Assembly: GCF_009914755.1 (NCBI RefSeq)
Contig: NC_060929.1
Source of the DNA: the human T2T-CHM13v2.0 reference genome, Homo sapiens
DNA length: 64,000 nt
Strand: one strand, 5' to 3'
The notes under the pieces were generated by a model. It saw only the letters and a program-made list of their open reading frames with translations. It had not been told where the DNA came from and made no database searches. The translations under genes and the position numbers were made by a program. Below, piece after piece: positions 45,075-57,973 of the stretch (positions within the stretch are counted from its first letter, which is position 1; each line of letters opens with the position of its first letter).

Positions 45075-45528
45075 TGTAGAATTTTCCAACGAAGCCATCT
45101 GGCCCTGGAGTTCTCTTGTTGGAAATTTTTTAATTAAAAATTTAATTTCCTCAAAGGGTATGTGACTGCAGTTTACCTATTTCTTTTTGAATGGGTTTGG
45201 TAGTTTAAGTCTTTCAAATAATTTGTCCATTTGATCTAAGTTGGTAAATTCATAAACACTAAGTTGGTCATAATACTGTCATTATGATTTTAACATCTGT
45301 ACAGTTTGTCACAACTTTCTCTCTTTTATTTCTGACATTGGTAATTTATGGCCCTTCTCTTTTTCCTTATCAGTCTAGCTAGAGGGTCATCAAAGACCCA
45401 AGTTTCTGTTTGACTAATTGTCTCTATTGCTTTTCTGTTTTCAATATAATTAAATTCAGCTCTCATCTTTATTATTTCCTTTGTTCGTTTTGGATCTAAT
45501 TTGTTCTTTTGCTAGTTTCTTAAGGTGG
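45075..45528 (-). mobile_element. old LINE-1 ORF2 fragment
   Basis: GAAGCCATCTGGCCCTGGAG...AATTTGTCCATTTGATCTAAGTT...CAGTCTAGCTAGAGG...CTAATTTGTTCTTTT matches antisense L1. Confidence 0.82.
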
Positions 45529-46333
45529 AGTGGTCCACTGTTTGGTAAGACTAGAAAAGAGTGAATTGTGTTACATGGTCCCAAGGGGCTGACAGAAAAC
45601 TCTCCTGACATCTGTTTAGCTAAGGTTGGAGATTAAAAGAGTTAAAGTTGTTAGAATAGTGCTTAATTCAAGGGAAGCACTGTATTACTATTATTCTTAT
45701 TATTATTTCATTTTTAGAATTTTTGAATACTTGTGTTTTTATGGCTTACGTCATTCACATTATTTCATACTCTTGCTGTTTTTCTATCTTTCTGACTCCA
45801 TAATATCTGCTGAACATACTGTTTTCTTATGAATTAGACAACTTACTGATTTGATGTCTTTTCCTGCCCTTTCTATAATAAATGTTCTGTTGTGTTTATA
45901 TTCTTAATATATACTTATAAAACTTTTTATCCCTAAAGTTACATACAGTATAGCAAAATAAACAAATTGCCACTACTTAAAAAAACAGTACATTCATATA
46001 TGCTGGAATTTTTGAAATTCTCCCATGTTCTTTCTCGGTATTTTATAACGGTTTTCATTTGTAGGTTACATCTGTCTTCAAATGGAGCAACTATTGTGTA
46101 TAATTTTATATTTGTAACTGTACTTTATCATTGTCTCTTATTTTATTATGAAATGAGCCCATGTTTCTATGCATTTTCAAGTTCTTGATGTTTCCAATTG
46201 TCTATATTTCTTTAAAAAATGATTCTTTGGACATTTTTATATTGAAGAAGTAATACACATTTGTTGTACAGATGAAATAACATAAATCAAAAGTATAAAA
46301 CATAAAATAAAATCTAATTTTATTCTTCATCCC

Positions 46334-46703
46334 TGGTGTGATCTGGCTCTGTGTCTTCACCAAAATCTCATCTTAAATTGTAATCTGAATTGTAAGCCCC
46401 ATGTGTTGGGGGAGAGACCTCGTGGGAAGTGACAAGAACATAAGCGCGGTCCCCCCAGTGCTGTTCTCATGATAGTGAGTGAGTTCTCACTAGATCTGAT
46501 GGTTTTATAAGAGGCTTTTCTCTCCTTCACTCTGCAGTCATTCTCTCTCCTGCCACCATGTGAAGAGGTGCCTTCCACTATGATTGTAAGTTTCCTGAGG
46601 CCTCCCAAGCCATGTGGAACTGTGAGTCAATTAACCCTCTGCTCTTTATACATTACCCAGTCTCGGGTATGCCCTTATAGCAGTGTGCAAACAGACTAAT
46701 ACA
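46334..46703 (+). mobile_element. THE1D-like (ERVL-MaLR) solo LTR
   Basis: GGCTCTGTGTC...AAATCTCATCTT...GATCTGATGGTTTTATAAG...GGAACTGTGAGTCAATTAA...CAGACTAATACA. Confidence 0.92.
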
Positions 46704-47859
46704 ATCAACATCTGAGGTATCAGATTAACAACTTGCTATGTTCATTTCTAGCAGATTGTATTTTTCTCCAAACAGCCACAGCAATACATCTGAACTTACA
46801 AGCTCTTCCAGAACCTTGCTGATCTCCATAAGAGATGCTTTTTATTTCACTCTCTTCTTTCATTGTCTACTGTAGTGCTGTATGTAGTGCATCTTCCTTC
46901 AGCATAGAATTTCATATACTAAGAAGAGCACAAAGGCAGAGAATACTGTTACTGAAGGCACTATTAGAGCACGCATACTTGGAAGGAGAAGTATAACTGA
47001 TATTTGCAATTCTAGAGATTTTTGAAAAAGGAGTTTATAACAAGAATGATCAAAATAGGTTTGATGAAATTATTGTCAGTGGGGTCAAAGAGATTAAGGA
47101 AGTCCCAAAATAAACTCTGTATAATGATGACTGAACCATCCAAAGCAGCAGGGACAGCCACATACACATGTCTCTCTGACACATACATGTCCATGGCTGC
47201 CAGTACAGGAAGGTGACCACCAACTCTCACATTGGACAGAGAAGCAGAAAAGTCAAAATTAGATAAGAAACCAGAATGAGAACTAAGGAGTATTCCAGCC
47301 TTTTTGACCAATGTAAAGTCACCATCATCTTTCCCAGGAGGCGATGTTCACTGTCACAATTATGTCTATTACTTTAGGTTAGACTCAATGTCAAAGTTCA
47401 AGAAAAGTATAATGATGTTTATGTATCTTTTCACGTTATCGTCATTCTCTTTTGTACTGAGTACAGAAGAATAGGTGCCTCTATTGTCGCAACTTTCTTC
47501 TTGACTTCTAGCATGAAGCCAAGTTAGCTGTAAAATCATCTCGTATCCTTGCATCCTGCAAACATGCTGGATGATTCACATAGTTTTGTGAGGAACACAG
47601 TCAGGTTGTAATTATTACTATACTATCAGAACCTACATTTTCTCCCATCCCAATCCTTTTAGCAGGCATCTGAAAAAGCTACCTCTCCTATTTCCAAACA
47701 AAACAGATTACACATAGTTCAAGAATTATTTGTGTAGCCACATGTTCTGGAAGAGTTAAAATTTATTATGTCTTAGAGCAAAGAAAAGAAATGAAGCTAT
47801 CAGAAATGACAACTTGTACTCTACCTCTTTTACTTTCCCTTTTACTCAACTAAATTATT

Positions 47860-48037
47860 CTTCATTGCACTTTTTACCACCTGACATCATATTAAATTTG
47901 GTTTCTCATTCTCTCTTTCCTCTTCATAATTTAAATTTTGCTTTATGTGGCTATTCAAAACCTTCCTTTTCAACATTATATCTCCAGTATCTAAAAGCTG
48001 TTAGACACTCAGCAAATATTTATTAAAGAAATTAATG
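47860..48037 (+). mobile_element. L2 LINE 3' end remnant
   Basis: ATATCTCCAGTATCTAAAA...TAGACACTCAGCAAATATTTATTAAAGAAATTAATG resembles the L2 terminus. Confidence 0.55.
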
Positions 48038-48044
48038 TGTGATC

Positions 48045-48873
48045 TGAGAAAGTGGTGCCTCAGTCAAATGACGAAATGAGCTCTGGTATCACTGACAACT
48101 ATGTAAATTCTTTGCTGCAGTTCATGGAACAAATGACGGCACTATCACATCCCTCCAGGTTACAACCTAGAGGAAAAGCTGCTGAGGGTAGTGGACCAAG
48201 TCCTGCATTTCGTTTGTTGAAGAAACTCAAATGGTATCAAAGACAAATTCTTGTATTTTGTAAAGTTCAAATACATTAATATCTTCTAAACCAGGAAAAT
48301 TTCTTTTGCTAGGCAGAATATCAAGTTTAAATTCATCAATTTATTAATGCATAAATTTCACTTATTAATCATGTGCCCCCACTTGCCACCTAGTTTTGCC
48401 ACCTTGACAAAGAAAGATGCCTCATATCTCATAGCAAAGCTTTGCCTTCTGTGACTGCATGAGTTGACAAGGACTGTGCCCCAAATCCCCAAAGCAGTGT
48501 GTTCAATGCTGTACAAATAGTTAACTTCATCAAAGCTGAGACTTTCAACCATCATCTTTTCAAGACAATTTACTAAGGAAATGGAAGATCCCAGTGGACA
48601 TCTTTAAGTGTTTGATTGAAATGCTAAGAAATAAGAAAAACAGGAAGAAGCTGATTTTATGAACTATTGAACAAACAAGAAGCCATTCATGAGCTGATGT
48701 CCTGGAAGTATTCCTAGATGTGTGAATAACGCAAAGGCTTTGATTCAAAGGCCCCTTGGCCTCATTATGCACAAGCTTCTGCCCTAGACAGAAGCCTCAT
48801 AGAAGAGATTGGGAGCACACAATGGTGTGAACTCTTCAGGGCTCAGGGAAAAGCTGTGAATGCTCTGTTTGAA
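48045..48873 (+). mobile_element. hAT (Charlie/Buster-type) transposase fossil, 5' part
   Basis: Manual translations VPQSND...ITD...LLQFMEQMTA, QILVF, AVQIVNFIKAETFNHHLFK and QGKAVNALFE resemble the conserved hAT blocks (PLSNDT, VKIVNFIK..LNHRLF, SRGKVL.RLFE) in the correct order. Confidence 0.7.
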
Positions 48874-50234
48874 AAAAAAATGGGGGGAGAAAGATGGCCG
48901 AATAGGAACAGCTCTAATCGGCAGCTCCCAGTGAGACCAATGCAGAAGGTGGGTGATTTCTGCATTTCCAACTGAGGCACCCAGTTCACCTCACTGAGAC
49001 TGGTTAGACAGTGGGTACAGCCCACGAAGGGTGAGCAGAAGCAGGGTAGGGTGTCGCCTCACCTGAGAAGGACAAGGGGTCAGGGAACTCCCTCCCCTAG
49101 CCAAGGGAAGCCATGAGGGACTGTGCCGTGAGGGGTGGTGCTGCCCAGCCCAGTCACTATGCTTTTCCCACAGTCTTCACAACCTGCAGACCAGGGGATT
49201 CCCTCAGGTGCCTACACCACCAGGGCCTGGGGTTTCAAGCACAGAAACTGGGCAGCCATTTGGGGAGACACTGAGCTAGCTGCAGGAGTTGTTTTTTTTT
49301 TTTGTACCCCAGTGGCCCCTGAAATGCCAGCAAGACAGAACCATTCACTCCCCTGGGAAGAGGGCTGAAGCCAGGGAGCCAAGTGGTTTAGCTCAGTGGA
49401 TCCCACCCCCATGGAGACCAACAAGCTACGATCCACTGGCTTTAAATTCTCACTGCCAGCACAGCAGTCTGAAGTCAACCTGGGATGCTCAAGCATGATA
49501 GGGGAAGGGCGTCCACCATTACTGAGGCTTGAGCAAGGGTTTTTCCCCTCACCATGTAAACAAAGCCACCAGGAAGTTCAAACTGGGCGGAACCCATCAC
49601 AACTTGGCAAAACTGCTGTAACCAGGCTCTCTCTCTAGATTCCTCCTCACTGGGCAGGGCAGCCTTTCTGCTGAAAGAAAGGCAGCAGCCCCAGTCAGGG
49701 GCTTATAGATAAAATTCCCATCTCCCTGGGACAGAACATCTGGGGGAAGGGGCGGCTGTGGACACAGCTTCAGCAGACTTAAACCTTCCTGCCTGTTGTC
49801 TCTGAAGAGAGCAGCGGATCTCCCAGCAAAGCACTGGAGCTCTGCTAAGGGACAAACTGTCTCCTCAAATGGGTCCCCAACCCCCATGCCTCCTGATGGG
49901 GAGACACCTCCCAGAAGGAGTTGACAAACACCTCATACAGGAGAGCTCCAGCTGGCATCTGGTGGGTGCCCCTCTGGGACAAAGCTTCCAGAGGAAGAAG
50001 CAGGCAGCAATCTTTGCTGTTCTGCAGCCTCTGCTGGTGATACCCAGGAAAACAGGGCCTGGAGTGGACCTCCAGCAAACTCCAGCAGATGTGCAGAAGA
50101 GGGGCCTGACTGTTAGAAGGAAAAACTAACAAACAGAAAGCAATAGCATCAATATCAACAAAAAGGATGACCACACAAAAACCCCAATCAAAGGTCACCA
50201 ACATAAAATATCAAAGGTAGATAAATCCATGAAG

Positions 50235-51250
50235 ACGAGGAAAAAACAGTGCAAAAATGCTGAAAATTCCAAAAACCAGAATGCCTCTTCTCCTCCAAAG
50301 GATCACAGTTCCTTGCCAGCAAGGGAACAAAACTGGATGGAGAATGAGTTTGACTGAAGTAGGCTTCAGAAGGTGGGTAGTTACAGACTCCTCCAATCTA
50401 AAGGAGCATGTTCTAACCCAATGTAAGGAAGCTAAGAATCTTGGTAAAAGGTTACAGGAACTGCTAACTAGAATAACCAGTTTAGAGAAGAACCTAAATG
50501 ACTTGATGGAGCTGAAAAACACAGCATGAGAACTTCGAGAAGCATGCACAATTATAAATAGCTGAATTGATCAAGCAGAAGAAACGATGTCAGAGATTGA
50601 ATGTCAACTTAATGAAATAATGCATGAAGACAAGATTAGAGAAAAAAGAAGGAAAAGGAACAACAAAGCAACCAAAAATATGGGCCTATGTGAAAAGACC
50701 AAAGCTACATTGGATTGGTGTACCTGAAAGTGATGGGGAGAATGGAACTAAGTTGCAAAACACACTTCAAGATATAATCCAGGAGAACTTCTCCAACCTA
50801 GCAAGACAGGCCAACATTCAAATTCAGGAAATACAGAGAACACCACAAAGATACTCCACGACAAGAGTAACCCCAAGACACATAATCATCAGATTCACCA
50901 AGGTTTAAATGAAGAAAAAAATGTCAAGGGCAACCAGAGAGAAAGGTCAGGTTACCCACAAAGGAAAGCCCATCAGACTAACAGTGAATCTCTCTGCAGA
51001 AACCCTACAATTCAGAAGAGAGTGGAGGCCAATATTCAACATTCTTAAAGAAAAGAATGTTTAAACCAGAATTTCATATCCAGCCAAACAAAGTTTCATA
51101 AGTGAAGGAGAAATAAAATCCTTTAAAGACAAGCAAATGCTGAGGGATTTTGTCACCACCAAGCCTTCCTTACAAGAGCTCCTGAAGGAAGCACTAAATA
51201 TGGAAAGGAAAAACCGGTAACAGCTACTGCAAAAACATACCAAAATGTAA
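50235..51250 (+). pseudogene. L1 ORF1p (disrupted; start codon appears mutated to ACG)
   Basis: Fragments LEKNLNDLMELKNTA and IWAYVKRPKL...LQDIIQENFSNLARQANIQIQEIQRTPQRY...TPRHIIIRFTKV. Confidence 0.92.
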
Positions 51251-51313
51251 AGACCATCGACACCATGAAGAAACTGCATCAACTAATGGGCAAAATAACC
51301 AGCTAGCATCATA

Positions 51314-54300
51314 ATGACAGGATCAAATTCACACATAACAATACTAACCTTAAAGGTAAATGGGCTAAATGCCCCAATTAAAAGACACAGACTGGCAAAT
51401 TGGATAAAGATTCAAGACCCATCGGTGTGCTGTATTCAAGAGACCCATCTCATGTGAAAAGACACACATAGGCTCAAAATAAAGGGATTGAGGAAGACTT
51501 ATCAAGCAAATGGAAGGTAAAAAGAAGCAGGGGTTGCAATCCTAGTCTCTGATAAAACAGAATTTAGACCAAGAAAGGTCAAAAAAGACAAAGAAGGGCA
51601 TTACATAATGGTAAAGGGATCGATGCAACAAGAAGAGCTAACTACTCTAAATATATATGCACCCAATAAAAGAGCACCCAGGTTCATAAAGCAAATTCTT
51701 AGAGATGACCTACAAAGAGACTTAGACTCACGCCACTGTCAATATTAGACAGATCAACAAGGCAGAAAATTAACAAGGATATTCAGCACTTAAACTCAGC
51801 TCTGGAACAAGCAGACCTAATAGACATTCACAGAACTCTCCACCCCAAATCAACAGAATATAGATTCTTCTCAGCACCACATAGCACTTAGTCTAAAACT
51901 GACCACCTAATTGGAAGTAAAACACTCCTCAGTAAATGCAAAAGAATGGAAATCATAACAGTCTCTCAGACCGCAGTACAAACAAATTAGAACTCAGGAT
52001 TAAGAAACTCACTCAAAACTGCACAACTACATGGAAACTGAACAACCTGCTCCTGAATGACTACTGGGTAAATAACAAAATCAAGGTAGAAATAAATGAT
52101 TTCTTTGAAAGCAATGAGAACAAAGACACAATGTACCAGAATCTCCGGAACACAGCAAAAGCAGTGTTTAGAGGGAAATTTATAGCACTAAATGCCCACA
52201 TGAGAGAGCGTAAAATATCTAAAATTGACACCCTAACATCATAATTAAAAGAACTAGAGAAGCAAGAGCAAACAAATTCAAAAGCTAGCAGAAGACAAGA
52301 CATAACTAAGATCAACAGAACTAAACTAAACCAAACTAAGATCAACAGAACTAAAGAAGGTTACCATAGCCTTGTAGTATAGTTTGAAGTCAGGTAGTGT
52401 GATGTCTCCAGTTTTTGCTTTTTGCTTAGGATTGTCTTGGCTATACGGGCTTTTTTTTGATTCCATATGAAACCAAAAAAAGCAGAACTAAAGAAGACAG
52501 AGACACGAGAAAACCTTCAAAAAATCAGTGAATCCAGGAGCTGGTTTTTTGAAAAGATTAACAAATAGATAGCTACCCAGACTAATAAAGAAGAAAGGGC
52601 AGAGCAGAATCAAATAGACAAAATAAAAAATGATAAAGGGGATAGCACCACTGACCCCACAGAAATGCAAACTAACATCAGAAAATACTATAAACACCTC
52701 TATGCAAATAAACTAGAAAATCTAGAAGAAATGGATACATTCCTGGACACATACATCCTCCCAAGACTAAACCAGGAAGAAGTCAAATCTCTGAATAGAC
52801 CTATGACAAGTTCTGAAATTGAGACAGTAATTAATAGCCTACCAACAAAAAAGCCCAGGACCAGAAGATTTACAGCTGAATTTTACCAGAGGTACAAGGA
52901 GATAGTACCACTCCTAAAACTATTAAACTATTCCAAACAATAGAAAAAGAGAGATTCCTCCCTAACTCATTTTATGAGGCCAGCACCATCCTGATACCAA
53001 AACCTGGCAGAAATACAAAAAAAATGGTAATTTTCAGGCCAATATCCCTGATGAACATTGATGCAAAAATCCTCAATAAAATACTGGCAAACTGAATCCA
53101 GCAGCACAATAAAAAGCTTATGCACCATGATCACTTTGGCTTCATCCCTGGGATGCAAGGCTGGCTCAACATGCACAAATCAATAAACATAATCCATCAC
53201 ATAAACAGAACCAGTGACAAAAAACACACGATTATCTCATTAGATGCAGAAAAGGCCTTCCATAAAATTCAACAGCCCTTCATGCTAAAAACACTCAATA
53301 AACTAGGTATTGATAGAATGTATCTCAACATAATAAGAGCTATTTATGACAAACACACAGCCAATATCATAATGAATGGGCAAAAGCTGGAAGCATTCCC
53401 TTTGAAAACTGGCACAGACAAGGATGCACTCCTCTCACCACCCCTATTCAACATAATAGTGGAAGTTCTGGCCAGGGCAATTAGCCAAGAGAAAGAAATA
53501 AGCTGTATTGAAATAGGAAGAGTGAAAGTCAAATTATCTCACTTTGCAGATGACATGATTGTATAACTAGAAAACCCCATCATCTCAGCCCCAAAACTCC
53601 TTAATCTGATAAGCAACTTTTGCAAAGTCTCAGGATACAAAATCAATGTGCAAAAATCACAAGCATTTCTATACACCAATAATAGACAAACAGAGAGCCA
53701 AATCATGAGTGAACTCTCATTCACAATTGCTACGAAGAGAATAAAATACCTAGGAATCCAACTTACAAGGGATGTGAAGGACCTCTTCAAGGAGAACTAC
53801 AGACCACTGCTCAAAGAAGTAAGAGAGGACACAAACAAATGGAAAAACATTCCATGCTCATTGACAGGAATAATCAATAACTTGAAAATGGCCATACTGC
53901 CCAAATAATTTATAGATTCGATGCTATCCTCATCATGCTACTACTAACTTTCTTCACGAAACTAGAGAAAACTACTTTAAATTTCATATGGAACCAAAAA
54001 AGAGCCTGTATAGCCAAGACAATCCTAAGCAAAAAGAAAAAACTGGAGGCATCACGCTACCTGACTTCAAACTATACTACAAGGCTATGGTAACCAAAAC
54101 AGCATGGTACTGATACCAAAACAGATATATAGACCAATGCTACAGAACGGAGTCCTCAAAAATAATGCCACACATCTACAACCATCTGACATTTGACAAA
54201 CCTGACAAAAACAAGCAATGTGGAAAGGATTTCCTATTTAATAAATGGTGTTAGGAAAACTGGCTAGCCATATGCAGAAAACTGAAACTGGATCCCTTCC

Positions 54301-55269
54301 TTACACCTTACACAAAAATTAACTCAAGATGGATTAAAAATTTAAACATAAGACCTAAAATCATAAAAACCCTAAAGGAAAACCTAGGCAATACCATGCA
54401 GGACATAGGCATGGGTGAAGGCTTCATGACTAAAGCACCTGAAAGTATTGCAACAAAAGCCAAAATTGACAAGTGGGATCCAATTAAACTAAAGAGCTTC
54501 TGCACAGCAAAAGAAACTATCATCAGAGTGAACAGGCAACCTACAGAATGGGAGAACATTTTTCCAATCTACATATCTGACAAAGGTCTAATATCCAGAA
54601 TCTACAAGGAACTGAAACAAATTTACAAGAAAAAAACAAACAACCCCATCAAAAAGTGGGCAAAGGATATGAATAGACACTTTTCAAAAGAAGACATTTA
54701 CGCAGCCAACAAACATATGAAAGAAAGCTCATCGTCACTGGTCATTAGAGAAATGCAAATCAAAACCACAGTGAGATACCATCTCACACCAATTAGAATG
54801 GCAATCTTTAAAAAGTCAGGAAACAACAGATGCTGGAGAGGATGTGGAGAAATAGGAAAGTTTTCACACTGTTGGAGGCAGTATAAATTAGTTCAACCAT
54901 TGTGGAAGACAGTGTAGCAATTCCTCAAGGATCTAGAACTAGAAATACATTTGACCCTGCAATCCCATTACCGGGTATATACCCAAAGGATTATAAATCA
55001 TTCTACGATAAAGACACATGCACAAGTATGTTTATTGCAGCACTATTCACAATAGCAAAGACTTGGAACCAAACCAAATGCCCATCAATGATAGACTGGA
55101 TTAAAAAAATGTGGCACATATATACCATGGAATACTATGCAGCCATAAAAAGAATGAGTTCATGTTATTTGCAGGGACATGGATGAAGCTGGAAACCATC
55201 ATTCTCAGCAAACTAACACGAGAACAGAAAACCAAGCACCACATGTTCTCACTCATAAGTGGGAGTTGA
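51314..55269 (+). pseudogene. L1 ORF2p endonuclease/reverse transcriptase (disrupted)
   Basis: Starts ATGACAGGATCAAATTCACAC; fragments include [16 protein letters not shown] and the C-terminal CWRGCGEIG...HCW; multiple stops, a deletion in the endonuclease and an insertion at 52.3-52.5 kb. Confidence 0.95.
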
Positions 55270-55509
55270 ACAATGAGAACATATGGGTGCAGGGAGGGGA
55301 ACATCACACAGTGGGGCCTGTCAGAGGGTGGGGGGCAAGGGTGGGATAGCATTAGGAGAAATATCTAATGTAGATGATGGTTTGATGGGTGCAGCAAACC
55401 ACTATGACACATGTATACCTACGTAACAAACCTGCACCTTCTGCACATGTATCCCAGAACTTAAAGTATAATTTAAAATAACAATAATAATAATAATAAT
55501 TTAAACTTT

Positions 55510-55790
55510 CACATAAAAAATAATTCTGGTCAATTTTCTAGTAATGGAAATCTTTATCTTCCTTAAAACTTTGAAGATATATTTTGTAAATATGTTACCT
55601 TGTGGATACCTTTTCAAATGAAATGTGTATCTGCATCAAAGGCACAGAAACCAGCAAAAATAAAGTAATTGAATTGAGTACAAAGGGAATGATATGATAC
55701 AACTTTAACTCCAGGATCTTAGAAGATCTAGGTGCTTCTTGAATTAACCTATCCTTTTCTGGCCAAGAAACTGACATCACCTATAATTTG
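55510..55790 (+). mobile_element. hAT transposase fossil, 3' part (continuation after the L1)
   Basis: Manual translation KNKVIELSTKGMI*YNFNSRILED...CFLN...YPFLAKK resembles the hAT dimerisation region (LIEL...F....L..FW....YP.LAK.A). Confidence 0.6.
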
Positions 55791-57973
55791 CTAAAATATG
55801 TCCTAAATAATTTATTTATTTGTTGTCATTAAAAAAATGAAATTGACTGCATTACAAAGAGAATGTCCATAGCTCTTTTGAAAGCTTCTCAAAAATTTTA
55901 ATTTCTTATCTAATGCAAACATCAATAATGTTCTTATGTATTTATATTTAACTTCCTCCTGAGTAAATTGTACTTCTTGTTTAAAAATTTATGTTTAACT
56001 TCTTTGCTTTTTTCAGGAAGATTTTATCGTATTTTCTCATGAAAAAAGAGACATTTGATATAGTTATCTTTTTCTCACTTAAAAACTCAAAATAGTACTA
56101 GTCAAGTAGAACATAGAAACATCCTATATTTTTCTGTAGTTTCCATATCTATCTGTATATAGTAAGTTGGTCAGTTTATTGAAAAACTTAAGTTCAGTTA
56201 TTCTCTGAGCTTTGTTGTATTATTTCTACAGAAGTTCATGCTTAAAGCTTCTCTTTAAATACTTTTAAGAAAAGGTACCAGGTCCAGAGAACCCAATATT
56301 CTGTTTAGTGGCAAACTTGATGCCAAACATTGCATATGTCAGACACTGTGAAGAAAGATCTGGTGGCAAATATTCTAATTTACACGTACTACTCCATGCA
56401 CAGTGAACTTGAGGCTCCTGTTTAATGAATCAGATGCACTCACTCTGTAACTACTGTTCTGAGCACTGCTTTAGACCAAGTAGTTTAGAAACCACATCTT
56501 CAATCCTTTGCACAAGCTGAGCGTTTCCTTTGCATTTGCAGCAGAACAATAGACAGACGATCATTATCCACCCACAGGCTCAACACAGGCAGGGGGAATA
56601 GATGAAAGTGCTTCATAATGGGCTTCTGCCCACATAGGCATTTTCATATTTGGGAGTTTTTTCAGTTTAAAATGCATGTTAAGGACAAAGGCATAAACAA
56701 TCATTTTCCTTTAAACTCTGCTTGTCAAGAAGCACCTATTTCTGAGACATATAAAAAAACAGCTCCTGATGAGCCTATGTTGAAAACAAGCATAAATAGT
56801 GGTGATAAAAAGAACAGAATGTAGATAATATATGTGTGTTGGAAGCTGGCTGAAAGTGCAGATGAGTTGGAAGGCTAGAAAGAAGCAAAGACTGGCGATA
56901 TTCATCATTTAAAAAATGAGTAGTTTTAAGGCTATATTCTGCAGGGAAAACAAAAATTACACACTTAGGTCAGCCTTGAGGGACCTCTGAGATTGTTTCA
57001 GGCTTAATATTTCTACCTCTAACTCAACATTATACTCAATTAGTCTGCCTTTGTCCAAAAGTAGAAAGAGATTTTAAAGGGCCTTATTCTTTCTTGCTGT
57101 GAGGAACTTTCCCCTTGGAGAGTGCAGCACACACATTGCAAGATTAAACCTTCTTTTTTCGTTCTGCAACCTAAGCTAATATAGCAGGACCTTGCAATGT
57201 CTTGCAGCAGAAAATCGATGTAGTGAGATCAGGAAAGATAAATTATAATGACTGAAAAGGGCATTCACAGCCACTCCAAAGGGCTGGGTGACATTTTTTT
57301 TTCATATAAGGGAACTTATCTAAAAGAGTCATATCTGTTGAGCTCAATGCTAGTATGAACTAGGAAAAAAAATAAAAAGCTTGAAGTTGGTAAAAATATT
57401 GACAATTTCAAACACAGTCAAGCTTAGAAGGCACTATCAGAATTCCTCAATGTCCCAAATGACTTAATTTCCTCTAAACTTCGACCATTATACGTAAGTG
57501 CTTCTGGTAAAAGGTACATATAAGTCTTACCATTTACCTTTCAAAGTGGGAAACTGAAATGCAGACTTTGCTATGGTTCTGTAGCCAGAGTCTGAATTCC
57601 AGGTTTGCAAAATTATAACCTTCCAGGTATCGAATATGTGGCTGCCACATGACGTGAGCTCTGAGGTGTGTGTGGTGCTCAGCTTTTACAGCAGCAGGAA
57701 ACAGAAGAATTCTGAGGATGCTCTTGACTGTTGCCTTCAATATTAATAAAATGAAAATAAATGAATTCCATTGTTTCATCCTTCTACCCTCATAAAGATA
57801 AGCTTTATTTTTGTGAATGTACCAGTCCTTGATTGCTTACTTTCTATGTCTATTTGTCATAATTTCCTCCAGCAGTCAATGCTAGACTTCCAGATAACTG
57901 AAATGTTTTTACCTTTCTTGTGTTATCTAGGTCTCCAGATCCACTGTGTCTGATATATATTAGACAATCAATT

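Larger units (their letters stand above)
48882..55500 (+). mobile_element. full-length inactivated LINE-1 (L1PA7-like, about 6.6 kb)
   Basis: 5' UTR start GGGGGGAGAAAGATGGCCGAATAGGAACAGCTC, followed by ORF1, ORF2, an L1PA7-type 3' UTR and an (AAT)n tail; many stops and frameshifts. Confidence 0.97.

Noticed and set aside
48882-55500. Possible active L1 or novel reverse-transcriptase system
   Set aside because: Canonical LINE-1 layout with both ORFs broken by stops, frameshifts, a deletion and an insertion. A clean TSD could not be defined.
55990-56167. Acceptor TTTCAG (56016) with donor GTAAGT (56162) as a possible 145-bp exon
   Set aside because: AT-rich and probably transposon-derived; cannot be supported without transcript data.
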